NCBI GenBank assembly: GCA_964372205.1
Contig: CAYJQB010000001.1
Coordinates: 551,699 to 615,698, forward strand
Length of the DNA: 64,000 bases
Direction of reading: 5' to 3'
Source of the DNA: Candidatus Woesearchaeota archaeon
GTDB lineage: Archaea > Nanobdellota > Nanobdellia > Pacearchaeales > GW2011-AR1
Shown here: in pieces, positions 9,776-18,816 of the stretch
Position numbering within the stretch: position 1 is the stretch's first letter
How the letters are laid out: every line of letters starts with the position of its first letter
Translations under genes and position numbers: made by a program
The notes under the pieces: generated by a model
What the model was told of the DNA's origin: nothing
Databases searched by the model: none
The model's input: the letters and a program-made list of their open reading frames with translations, nothing else

Positions 9776-10399
9776 ATGAAAAAAGAAAAAGTAATTGACG
9801 CCATCGGTTGGTTTCTGCTTGGTCTTTGGTTGATTTCCACAATTACACAAATTTATATTAGGGAAGGCACAACAATCTTCTGGTTTTGCAATTTAGCAGT
9901 TTTTGTGCTTGCGATTGCATGTTTCCAGAGGTCATCATTTTTAGTTTATTCCATACTAGCTCCGGCATTAATCTTTCAATTACCTTGGGCATTGGACTGG
10001 TTAGTGTCTACTTTTACAAACATCATTTTCCTTAATTTGAAATCTTTCTATGAAAACACACCATTTTTCGTGATGATACTATTAACATTGAGACACCTAT
10101 CGATAATCCCCTTATCTTTAATCCTTCTACTAATGATGAAGCCTGAAAAACCTTCAAAAAAGAAAGGGTATCTTGCAGTATTGGCCTCGTTATTAATTTT
10201 CTTAATTTCATATTTTATTCTCCCAGAAGCCCACAATGTAAACTGCACCCATAAATCTTGCATCCCTATTCTCGAGATGAACGGAATAGTTTACTTAATT
10301 GCTTGGATAATTTTCTCAATATCAGCCTCATGTTTACTATTACTAGGAGCGTACAAAACCCATAAAATAATTTATAGCAAGATTAATAAACAAAAATAA
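9776..10399 (+). CDS. multi-pass membrane protein, unknown function
   Basis: About six hydrophobic segments; WFCN and RH polar motifs. Confidence 0.7.
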   Translation: MKKEKVIDAIGWFLLGLWLISTITQIYIREGTTIFWFCNLAVFVLAIACFQRSSFLVYSILAPALIFQLPWALDWLVSTFTNIIFLNLKSFYENTPFFVMILLTLRHLSIIPLSLILLLMMKPEKPSKKKGYLAVLASLLIFLISYFILPEAHNVNCTHKSCIPILEMNGIVYLIAWIIFSISASCLLLLGAYKTHKIIYSKINKQK

Positions 10400-10411
10400 C
10401 CTCTCCCCTGA

Positions 10412-11110
10412 ATGGAAAGAGGGATGAGAAAGCAGACTTTGGGAGGCTTAATTCTTTTGATAGCAGTGATATTGTTCATAGTCATCGTTCAAATAACGAA
10501 TCCTACTTATTTTTCACCAGGTATGCAGATAATGCAATTCGACTCTCTACAAGACTACTTTACCAAAGCTCCTTCTTTAACAGAAGATCTCTCAAATCAA
10601 GAAATATTAAATCTTATAAACAACGAGGCTCAAAACCAGAATAACCAGCAGATTAATGATATCCTTAACTCCCTTACAAACGATCAGAAAGTCAATGTTG
10701 CAAGAGGAACTTCTTATGGCCAATCTATAGCTAACACCTGGACAGAAAATCAAAAAACGACAGTACTTGAATTCATAAACTCGTTATTCAATAATCTTCC
10801 TCAAGATTTGCAATTTGCAAGTGCAACTCCTGGAAATTCCAGAACAGATTATTTTGCACAAAGAAGTATAGTGCGTCAACCAATTCCATTAGATGATTCA
10901 TGCAAAGATGCAGGTAATGAATATGGAGATGGAGAAGTAATTTGTACAGAATCTCCAGATGGAAAACCTCAAACACAAACTTGTAAATGTACTAAGCAGA
11001 TAGGCCCTGTAGTATGCAATTGGGTTTTGAAGACTTGCGAATCTGGAGAAATATGCATTCCGACTGACAACGATGATGGAGAAGATCCGGGCTGTAAAAG
11101 ATTAGCGTAA
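10412..11110 (+). CDS. membrane-anchored/secreted protein with Cys-rich C-terminal domain
   Basis: N-terminal TM followed by FSP; Asn/Gln-rich middle; 8 Cys at the C-terminus. Confidence 0.7.
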   Translation: MERGMRKQTLGGLILLIAVILFIVIVQITNPTYFSPGMQIMQFDSLQDYFTKAPSLTEDLSNQEILNLINNEAQNQNNQQINDILNSLTNDQKVNVARGTSYGQSIANTWTENQKTTVLEFINSLFNNLPQDLQFASATPGNSRTDYFAQRSIVRQPIPLDDSCKDAGNEYGDGEVICTESPDGKPQTQTCKCTKQIGPVVCNWVLKTCESGEICIPTDNDDGEDPGCKRLA

Positions 11111-11166
11111 GATATCTTCTAATTGCTTAAGCAAACTTTAAAACTATAACTCCCCTTTGGCTAAAC

Positions 11167-12312
11167 ATGAAACAAAAGTCCCAGCTTATCCCTTCTATTG
11201 CAATATTGATTGAAACCATTGTAGGTGCAGGATTTCTAGGAATACCTTTTGTTGTTGCTAAATCCGGTTTCATAATTGGCGCATTCCATATAGTTATAAT
11301 CGGTCTGATTATGTTGCTCACAAATTTGTATCTTGGAGAAATGTCCCTCAGAACGAAGGGAAATCACCAACTTACAGGATATGCTGAAAAATATCTGGGT
11401 AAAAAAGGTAAACATGCCATGCTCATTGGCCTCCTTCTATTAATACTTCCAGCTCTGCTTGCCTACACAATAGGAGTCTCACAAAGCATAAGCTTTTTGA
11501 TAGATAAAGATTTTTCACTTCAATTGCCCATAGCGATTTTGTTTTTGATTTTTATGACTATAACTCTTTCTTTTGGTATCACCACTTTCAAAAACAGTGA
11601 AGTCATCGGCCTGTTTATAATGGGAGCCCTTCTGATAGGGATAGTAGTAATGTTTGCCCCTCAAATTGAAGTTGAGAATCTATCAAATTTTAATCTTTCC
11701 CATGTCTTTGCCCCTTTTGGAATAGTTTTGTTTGCTTATCTTTCTCTTACAGCCCTTCCAGAGTTAGAAAGAATCCTAGAATACCAAAAGCACAAAATGA
11801 AAAAAGCAATTCTTTTGGGAAGTATAATTCCTATAGTAGGATACCTCCTCTTCGTAATGGTTGTTGTAGGCTTCAAAGGAGCAAACGTTCCTGAAGTTGC
11901 CACACTTTCTATGGGAATAATATTCATTCTCCTAGGCATCATTGCCATGACTACTTCATATATCGCACTTGCATTTGCTATGAAAGCTATGCTACATTAT
12001 GATTACAGATGTTCTCAAAAAGTTTCCTGGTTAATAACTTCACTTTCAGCAATCTTCCTTTACACTATTGCTTACAAAATGCATTTTACATTTACAGGTA
12101 TTCTTGAAATAGCTGGAGTAATAACTGGAAGCATTACAGGAATTCTTACTTTACTGATGATAAGAAAAGCAAAAATTCAAGGCAGTAGAAATCCTGAATA
12201 CTCAATTCCAATAAATAAATGGATATTCCTGTTAATAATTTTGATATTCATAATTGGAGGAGTAATGACTCTTTCAGAATACATCAATTTCGCCGTCGCA
12301 TGGCCTTTCTAA
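11167..12312 (+). CDS. amino acid permease (HAAAP/TyrP-Mtr-like, APC superfamily)
   Basis: TIVGAGFLGIPF TM1 motif, PFGIVLFAY, about 11 TM segments. Confidence 0.85.
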   Translation: MKQKSQLIPSIAILIETIVGAGFLGIPFVVAKSGFIIGAFHIVIIGLIMLLTNLYLGEMSLRTKGNHQLTGYAEKYLGKKGKHAMLIGLLLLILPALLAYTIGVSQSISFLIDKDFSLQLPIAILFLIFMTITLSFGITTFKNSEVIGLFIMGALLIGIVVMFAPQIEVENLSNFNLSHVFAPFGIVLFAYLSLTALPELERILEYQKHKMKKAILLGSIIPIVGYLLFVMVVVGFKGANVPEVATLSMGIIFILLGIIAMTTSYIALAFAMKAMLHYDYRCSQKVSWLITSLSAIFLYTIAYKMHFTFTGILEIAGVITGSITGILTLLMIRKAKIQGSRNPEYSIPINKWIFLLIILIFIIGGVMTLSEYINFAVAWPF

Positions 12313-13432
12313 CTCTCTCCATAGCAATCTCCATTGCGACATCCCTTGGAGAGATTTTTTTCTGAGATGCTTTCTTCAAAACCAAGTCAGTGTTCTTATG
12401 AATTTTTTCCTTAACAAGTTTGTTCATATAGTCAGCCCCCTTCCCCATGTATTCAGCATAGCTCGATATCACTCCTCCGGCATTTGCCACAAAATCAGGA
12501 ACTATCAATACTCTCTTAGAAAGTTTTTTTTCTATTTCGATACTCATAGGGATGTTAGCAGCCTCAACAATTATTCTAGCCTTAACCTTATCCACATTGC
12601 TCTCATTTATCACATCAGGCAGAGCCGCAGGAATTAGAACATCTACATCCAGTTCAAAAATCTTTTTTCCGTCAATTTTCTTACCATTGCCATTTACAAC
12701 ACTCCCAGTCTTTTTCTTCACATCTAAAATTTCTTCGTAATTTATTCCGTCTGGATTATACAAGCACCCCTTACTATCACTCACAGCGATTATTTTAGCT
12801 CCGGCATTCTCAAGATCCTTGAATGTAAAAGTGCCAACATTTCCAAATCCTTCAATAGCTATAGTAGCCTCCTTGACATTTATTTTTTTATATTTTAAAG
12901 CAACCTGAACAGCATAGCTCACTCCAAAACCTGTGCTTCCGAGCTCGTGAGGCAATCCACACGCTTTCTCTCCATGAATTTCTTTACAATAAGATATAGG
13001 CTTTCCAGTTGCTGAATTAAAACTACCATTCTCCTCCACAAAAATTTGCATTTCCTTTTCAGAAGTGTTTACATCAGGAGCAGAAACATATTGACTCGGA
13101 CAAATAGGTTTTATCGCCCTACTAAATGCCCGGATGAATTCTTCTTTTTTATTTTTCTGAATTTTACCATCCCAGATTATCCCGCTTTTCCCTCCTCCAA
13201 ATGGAAGTCCAGCCAAGGCACACTTCCAAGTCATGGTTCTTGCAAGACGAAAAACTTCTTTCACATCTACGTTAGAAGTCATTCTTATACCGCCCTTTGC
13301 AGGTCCTAACGCAGTGTTGTCTATTACAACAAATCCCTTCATTCCAGTATGTGAATCATAAACCTCTAGAATCTTCTCAGGCCCGAATTCATCTGCAAAA
13401 CTTTCTATTTTAATAATATTTTCTCTATCCAT
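12284..13432 (-). CDS. gdhA: Glu/Leu/Phe/Val dehydrogenase
   Basis: GPAKGGIR, GGGKSG, APDV, GFGNVG, EAAN and PDFVANAGGV motifs; substrate not determinable. Confidence 0.9.
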   Translation of the reverse strand: MDRENIIKIESFADEFGPEKILEVYDSHTGMKGFVVIDNTALGPAKGGIRMTSNVDVKEVFRLARTMTWKCALAGLPFGGGKSGIIWDGKIQKNKKEEFIRAFSRAIKPICPSQYVSAPDVNTSEKEMQIFVEENGSFNSATGKPISYCKEIHGEKACGLPHELGSTGFGVSYAVQVALKYKKINVKEATIAIEGFGNVGTFTFKDLENAGAKIIAVSDSKGCLYNPDGINYEEILDVKKKTGSVVNGNGKKIDGKKIFELDVDVLIPAALPDVINESNVDKVKARIIVEAANIPMSIEIEKKLSKRVLIVPDFVANAGGVISSYAEYMGKGADYMNKLVKEKIHKNTDLVLKKASQKKISPRDVAMEIAMERVRKAMRRRN

Positions 13433-14464
13433 TTAAACGCATTTTTGAGGGGGAGATTTCAAAATTCCTCCTAAAACTGTTATTGCCTCTTCTACGTCTG
13501 ATCTGGACGCGACACTCATAGCCGTATGGAGATTTCCGACTGCTACACCTAGAACAGCAGAAGGTATTCCTCCTTTTGCAGCAAAAACAGAAGTTGCGTC
13601 CGTTGTCCCAGACTCGCTAACCTCTAATTGTAATTTAATTTTGTTCTTTTTAGCAATAGACTCCAAAGCTTCAGTAATACATTTATTGCTTATCATTTCG
13701 GCATCTTTTACAGTTAAAACAGGACCATTTCTTAAGGTAATAGCGTCGTTGTAAGTGTTATGAGGAACTACATCAACAGCTATAGCATAATCTGGCTGGA
13801 CATTGAAAACTGAAACTTTTGCCCCATAAAGTCCCACTTCCTCTTGTACAGTAAATACAAAAATTACTTCATACTTCGTCTTCACTTTTCTCATTAGTTC
13901 GAGAAGAATATAACAACCAATTCTGTCATCAAGAGCCTTCCCTCCTATAATATCTCTAGCACCAAGAGTACAATAATTTGAAGCGTCACTAAAAGTAACG
14001 TAATTTCCCACCTGAATTCCAATTCCAGTAAGCTCCTCCTCAGTCAATCCAGTATAAATGTAGAGATCATGCATCTTCAAGTTTTTTGAGACGTCCAATC
14101 CATCCAAAACATCATCCGTTGTGATAACTCCCCCTATTTGATAGCCGTTGTCAGTTTTAACGTGCACTCTCTGACCCACGAGAATAAACGGGTCTATTCC
14201 TCCAATTGGGCTTATATACAGCCTTCCTTTTTTGCCTACAGAACTAATCATCAACCCGATTTCATCCATATGCGCAAGAAGCATCATAGCAGGTTTAGCG
14301 CCTTTTTTTATGGCTATGACATTACCCATCTTATCAACTTTTACATTTTTAACATATTTCTTAGCTTCTTTGATAATGAATCTCCTCACATCCCCTTCAT
14401 CGCTACTTACTCCTTCAATATTTATAAGCTGTTGAAGAAGTTTCAAATCACTCTCTTTCTTCAT
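13433..14464 (-). CDS. M42 family aminopeptidase (TET-like)
   Basis: AHMDEIG, ALDDRIG, QEEVGL and GTTDA metal-binding motifs. Confidence 0.92.
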   Translation of the reverse strand: MKKESDLKLLQQLINIEGVSSDEGDVRRFIIKEAKKYVKNVKVDKMGNVIAIKKGAKPAMMLLAHMDEIGLMISSVGKKGRLYISPIGGIDPFILVGQRVHVKTDNGYQIGGVITTDDVLDGLDVSKNLKMHDLYIYTGLTEEELTGIGIQVGNYVTFSDASNYCTLGARDIIGGKALDDRIGCYILLELMRKVKTKYEVIFVFTVQEEVGLYGAKVSVFNVQPDYAIAVDVVPHNTYNDAITLRNGPVLTVKDAEMISNKCITEALESIAKKNKIKLQLEVSESGTTDATSVFAAKGGIPSAVLGVAVGNLHTAMSVASRSDVEEAITVLGGILKSPPQKCV

Positions 14465-14511
14465 TGCCTAAAAAAACCAATTTTATATTTAAACTTATTG
14501 TGTTGATAATA

Positions 14512-15201
14512 CTAACTCCCAAAATTTCTTTTTCGTTTTGAGAACTCGTTTACAGCTCTTTTCAAATCCTTCGCAGAAAAATCAGGAAATTTTGTTTTAG
14601 TAAAATAAAGTTCAGAATAACTTGATTGAAATGGCATGAATCCACTAGTTCTGCACTCCCCCGAAGTTCTAATTATCATGTCCGGGTCAGGAATATCTGC
14701 AAAATCAAGAAATTCTAAAATCCTCTTTTCGTCTACTTCCTTCAGACCTTTTCTTATTATCCTATTCACAGCCCTAACTATCTCATCTCTACCCCCATAA
14801 TCTAAACAGGCTTGCACATATAACCCATTAAAGTTCCTGGTTTCTTTTTCAGCTTTTTCAAGTTCCATGACAAGATTTTTTGGCAATCTATCTTTCCGAC
14901 CTATGTGCCTAAATCTAACATTATTTTTTTTAGAATAATTTATTATATCTTGAACTCCCTTTTCTAATAGCCTGAAAAGAAAATCAACCTCTTTTTTATC
15001 CCTCTGCCAGTTTTCTGTAGAAAAACCCCAAAGAGTAACATACTTAATTCCAAGCTTTTTCGCCTCGTCTAAAATACTTGTAACATTATCCCGGGACCTT
15101 TGATGGCCTGCAACAGCCTCAAGCTTTTTCTCTTTAGCCCATCTTCTGTTGCCATCAGGTATTATTGCCACATGTAAAGGCAGTTGGTTTTTATGAGCCA
15201 T
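14512..15201 (-). CDS. uppS: cis-prenyltransferase (di-trans,poly-cis-polyprenyl diphosphate synthase)
   Basis: HVAIIPDGNRRWA, FSTENW, YGGRDEI and RTSGECRTSGF motifs. Confidence 0.95.
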   Translation of the reverse strand: MAHKNQLPLHVAIIPDGNRRWAKEKKLEAVAGHQRSRDNVTSILDEAKKLGIKYVTLWGFSTENWQRDKKEVDFLFRLLEKGVQDIINYSKKNNVRFRHIGRKDRLPKNLVMELEKAEKETRNFNGLYVQACLDYGGRDEIVRAVNRIIRKGLKEVDEKRILEFLDFADIPDPDMIIRTSGECRTSGFMPFQSSYSELYFTKTKFPDFSAKDLKRAVNEFSKRKRNFGS

Positions 15202-15202
15202 A

Positions 15203-16267
15203 TTAATCTTTTCTGCTATTTAATCTTGCAAGTTCATTCTCGAATTCGTTCTTAAACCTTTCCAAATCAGCAGTCTGTATTCTTGCACCTACAGCTTCAT
15301 CATGTCCTCCTCCAGTAGAATTCTCAAATTTTTTTAGAATTTTATTTATGATTCTTCTGACTCCCACTCCTCTCAAAGATAGATTACTTGCTGCCCCATT
15401 AGAATATGCTACTATGATATACCTGTTTGGAAATCTATGAGAAAGCTCATTGGAGATGTCAGAGCTTATACTCAAATCTCCTCCATATGAGAAAAAAAGA
15501 AGATTTTTACCGGCTTCCTTAGAAGCTCTTTCTACAAGAGAATCATATTTTTTCTTCAGCTCCTTGTATTTTCTCCCAAACGGGCTGTTTGAATCAATCT
15601 CTTCAAAAATTTCTGAAGGAGATTTTGCAGATATCAAAAATCTTTGCAGATAAAGAACATGCGTAACTGAATCTTTCAATCCGAAGCTAATAGCTCTAGC
15701 ACAAAGACCTATCCCTGTTTCGTAGTAAGCCTCGAAAGGTTTTTTTACCTTTCCCCAATATTCTGGCCACCGCTTAGCAAAAATCTTGTAAAACTCAGGC
15801 ATATAATGATCTGCTATACACCCCATTATAGCGAGCCAAACGTCCTCCTCTCTATTTGAAACTTTATAGCTCCAATAAGTAACAGGTTCTGAACTCTTGC
15901 TCTTCTTATTTCTAGTAGGATTATAAAGAAAAATCTTATCATAATCATAATCTGTAAAATCTACGTCATGATGATCTATCCAGACTATTGGCAAATTTAA
16001 TTTCCTTACTTCCTCCACAAAATTCTGTCCTAGAAATGGCCTGTCCAGAACAAAAATATAATCTGCATTGAGTTCTTGAATTTTCCTTACATATCCTGAG
16101 TCTATATCTGGATGACTCCTAACAGCAACTCCCTTTCCTCTGTCAATAAACCTCCTCAGAAGAACGTAGCTACATAACCCATCTGCATCGTTATCATAGA
16201 AGAAAACAGGATTCTGGGCAGCTTCCAAATGCTCTCTTATTTCGGCAATCTGCTTATCGCTGATCAT
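15203..16267 (-). CDS. DHH family phosphoesterase (RecJ/GAN-like)
   Basis: DNDADG, WIDHHD and C-terminal GGGH (DHHA1) motifs. Confidence 0.85.
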   Translation of the reverse strand: MISDKQIAEIREHLEAAQNPVFFYDNDADGLCSYVLLRRFIDRGKGVAVRSHPDIDSGYVRKIQELNADYIFVLDRPFLGQNFVEEVRKLNLPIVWIDHHDVDFTDYDYDKIFLYNPTRNKKSKSSEPVTYWSYKVSNREEDVWLAIMGCIADHYMPEFYKIFAKRWPEYWGKVKKPFEAYYETGIGLCARAISFGLKDSVTHVLYLQRFLISAKSPSEIFEEIDSNSPFGRKYKELKKKYDSLVERASKEAGKNLLFFSYGGDLSISSDISNELSHRFPNRYIIVAYSNGAASNLSLRGVGVRRIINKILKKFENSTGGGHDEAVGARIQTADLERFKNEFENELARLNSRKD

Positions 16268-16381
16268 TTCTCACATTCGGAGTATTTCTATTTAAATTTG
16301 CCTACTCTCAAATATTTTACTATCTTCAAGGATGACAAATTCCACAAAAATCTTTATAAACCTAAACTTCCAAAATAATAT

Positions 16382-16585
16382 ATGAATAAATGGGCAGAAC
16401 TTTTCATTGGTTTGATACTAGTTATAGCAGCAGTACTTGTCTGGTATTACTCAATTGTCGCCTGGTCTCCATTCTGGGACTTTGGCACAGCAGCATGGAA
16501 TTTCTTTAAAGGCGGACTTGTATGGTTTGTTATAATGATAGGAGTTCTTTTCATCCTCCTAGGCCTCTCAGACCTTAAAGGGTAA
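16382..16585 (+). CDS. small two-TM membrane protein
   Basis: 67 aa, two hydrophobic helices, TATA-like tttataaa upstream. Confidence 0.6.
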   Translation: MNKWAELFIGLILVIAAVLVWYYSIVAWSPFWDFGTAAWNFFKGGLVWFVIMIGVLFILLGLSDLKG

Positions 16586-16650
16586 ACTAGTGTAATTGAT
16601 ACTATCAAGAGTACCATAATCGATAAATAATCCTATTTCTCAATGCGCTC

Positions 16651-17817
16651 ATGTCTAAAATCTGTAAATACTGCGGTGAGCCTGATTGCAATAAACACTC
16701 TTTATTTGTAGGGAAAGCTGTTCCAATAACCGAGTTCTCTGGCTCATCTCCCCCTGAAATATTTGTGGGAAGATGGAACTACCCTAATGTCTACACCGGA
16801 ATTCTTTCCCCTCAAGAGTATGGAAACACACAGATAATGTCCTCTCCAGAACTCTGGCATAAAAATAAGCTTCCGATATCAAATATTATAGACCTACGCC
16901 ATAAGTTAATTTACGGAAGAACAACTTCCAATATTAAAAAGATACCCTCAAATTTCAAATCAGTATTCCATGAGATAGCCATGACTCATAGGTCTGCGGC
17001 AACAGAATTCAAATTAAAGAAACCTGTAAATCCTGAAAAGCATCCAGATAACAGAGTCCCTTTAATATCCAAAGCTGCAACAATTCAATCAGTAAGACTT
17101 GAAGAGAATACAAAAATTGATAAAAAAGTTGATTATCTTGTAAACGACACAGACGTAAAATCAGTGATTTCTATTCAAGAGCTCCATAAATCTAATATCC
17201 CTATCTCAAATATTATTAAGCTTCTTTCAGCAGGTCTTCTAGGACTAAAACAAAACAGAAAACTCGTCCCCACACGATGGGCAATAACTGCAACAGACGA
17301 CACAATATCAAAAACAAAATTAGAAAAAGTAAAAATGTTTCAAGAAGTTCCAGAGTATCAAGTATTTCATGCAGAATACCTAGGAAATCATTATGAGTTT
17401 CTTCTCCTCCCAGAACCTTACTCATTCGAAGTCATAGAAATCTCCCTCAAATTTTACGGAGGCGTCTGGCAAGACTATGAAACATTCTTCCCAAGAAAAA
17501 AATATGCAGATTCTGTCACAGGCGCATATTATGCAAATCGCCTAGCGTTGGTAGAATACCTAGAAAGAATAAAACGTCAAGCTTCATGCCTGATTATAAG
17601 AGAAATCCGTCCAGAATACTACGCTCCTTGTGGAGTAGGTATTCTAAGAGAAACATCTCGTTCTGCATTCTCTCAACAGCCTAAAAGATTCAATACCTTA
17701 AAAGAAGCCCTCACAGATATACAATCACGTCTTAAACAACCAATAGAGAACTACACGAATAAATCTTGGCTCCTTAATCAGCAAAGACAACAAACAAAGC
17801 TTAGTCAATTCTTCTAG
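16651..17817 (+). CDS. nreA: Nre family DNA repair protein
   Basis: N-terminal CxxC, GSSPPEIFVG, RKLVPTRWAITATD; C-terminal canonical PIP box QTKLSQFF. Confidence 0.9.
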   Translation: MSKICKYCGEPDCNKHSLFVGKAVPITEFSGSSPPEIFVGRWNYPNVYTGILSPQEYGNTQIMSSPELWHKNKLPISNIIDLRHKLIYGRTTSNIKKIPSNFKSVFHEIAMTHRSAATEFKLKKPVNPEKHPDNRVPLISKAATIQSVRLEENTKIDKKVDYLVNDTDVKSVISIQELHKSNIPISNIIKLLSAGLLGLKQNRKLVPTRWAITATDDTISKTKLEKVKMFQEVPEYQVFHAEYLGNHYEFLLLPEPYSFEVIEISLKFYGGVWQDYETFFPRKKYADSVTGAYYANRLALVEYLERIKRQASCLIIREIRPEYYAPCGVGILRETSRSAFSQQPKRFNTLKEALTDIQSRLKQPIENYTNKSWLLNQQRQQTKLSQFF

Positions 17818-17819
17818 AA

Positions 17820-18389
17820 TTACCTTTTCTTAGCTTCAATTCTTTTTAGAACTTCTTTAATGTTCTTATTCAACTGCTCCATTGCAGCTTCCAACTCTTG
17901 CTTGCTCTTTGTTCCAGTGCACACAAGCTTCCCATTAGAGAACAGAAGGAAAGTTGTTGTTGGATCATCTAGTTTATAGACAAGTCCTGGAAATTGTTCT
18001 GGTTCATATTCAGTATTCTCAAGTTCAAGAGCTAAAACATTGAGGTTAAGATCTACATTGATATTTCCAGAGGCAACAATGTTCTGCACAGTTATCTTTG
18101 GCTTATCAGTTATCTTAACCCCAATCTTCGCAAGTTGTTTTATGACTTGCTCAATCACCTCTTTCACTTGTGCAACACTTTTTGTTCCAGTGCACACAAG
18201 GTTCCCAGAAGAGAACACCAAGACAGCAGATTTTGGCTGCTTTATACGCAGCACAAGTCCTGGAAATTGTTCTGGATTATATTCTGTGTTATTCTGTGTT
18301 CTAGCAAGTTTTGTCAAAGAAACTGGTTTCCCCAAAGAGCTAGTTGCGACAATATTTTGCACTTTCAAATCAGATTTTTTGTCAGCCAT
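17820..18389 (-). CDS. tbp: TATA-binding protein
   Basis: Two repeats QNIVA...EY(N/E)PEQFPGLV...FS(S/N)G(N/K)LVCTG. Confidence 0.97.
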   Translation of the reverse strand: MADKKSDLKVQNIVATSSLGKPVSLTKLARTQNNTEYNPEQFPGLVLRIKQPKSAVLVFSSGNLVCTGTKSVAQVKEVIEQVIKQLAKIGVKITDKPKITVQNIVASGNINVDLNLNVLALELENTEYEPEQFPGLVYKLDDPTTTFLLFSNGKLVCTGTKSKQELEAAMEQLNKNIKEVLKRIEAKKR

Positions 18390-18454
18390 GTTAATTAGAT
18401 ACGATTTATAAAGAGAACTCCTTTATAAAGCTTCCGTCAATAACTCTAATATAA

Positions 18455-18769
18455 TTAATCATCGTCGTGACAGACTATATTCTCTAGTTCTGCAATAGTA
18501 TTTCTTAAATGTCCTATATCTCCTGAAGGTACTCTTTTCTTAGGAGAAATGTAAAAATGAACAATTTCTCCTTGAGACGGACATTGCATCAAAACATTCA
18601 ATACTGAAGTTGCATCTACAGGCTCATTACCTTCCTTGTGATAATGTATCTTCCCATCAAAACCTGAAGCAACATCTGATATTGCCATAGAAGGCCTTGC
18701 ATGAATTCCTAACCTATTTCCAACAACTAAAGTCAATTTGTATGGATTGTCCTCATCATAAAAGGTCAT
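18455..18769 (-). CDS. ptsH: HPr family phosphocarrier protein
   Basis: GIHARP (His15 motif) and DATSVLNV (Ser46-equivalent motif). Confidence 0.85.
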   Translation of the reverse strand: MTFYDEDNPYKLTLVVGNRLGIHARPSMAISDVASGFDGKIHYHKEGNEPVDATSVLNVLMQCPSQGEIVHFYISPKKRVPSGDIGHLRNTIAELENIVCHDDD

Positions 18770-18816
18770 AAAAAACTGAAAATATGTCTATTTTTATATC
18801 TGTCTAAAGACATTAA

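Noticed and set aside
17900-18280. Nucleotide-level direct repeats inside tbp
   Set aside because: They are the known two-fold internal symmetry of TBP
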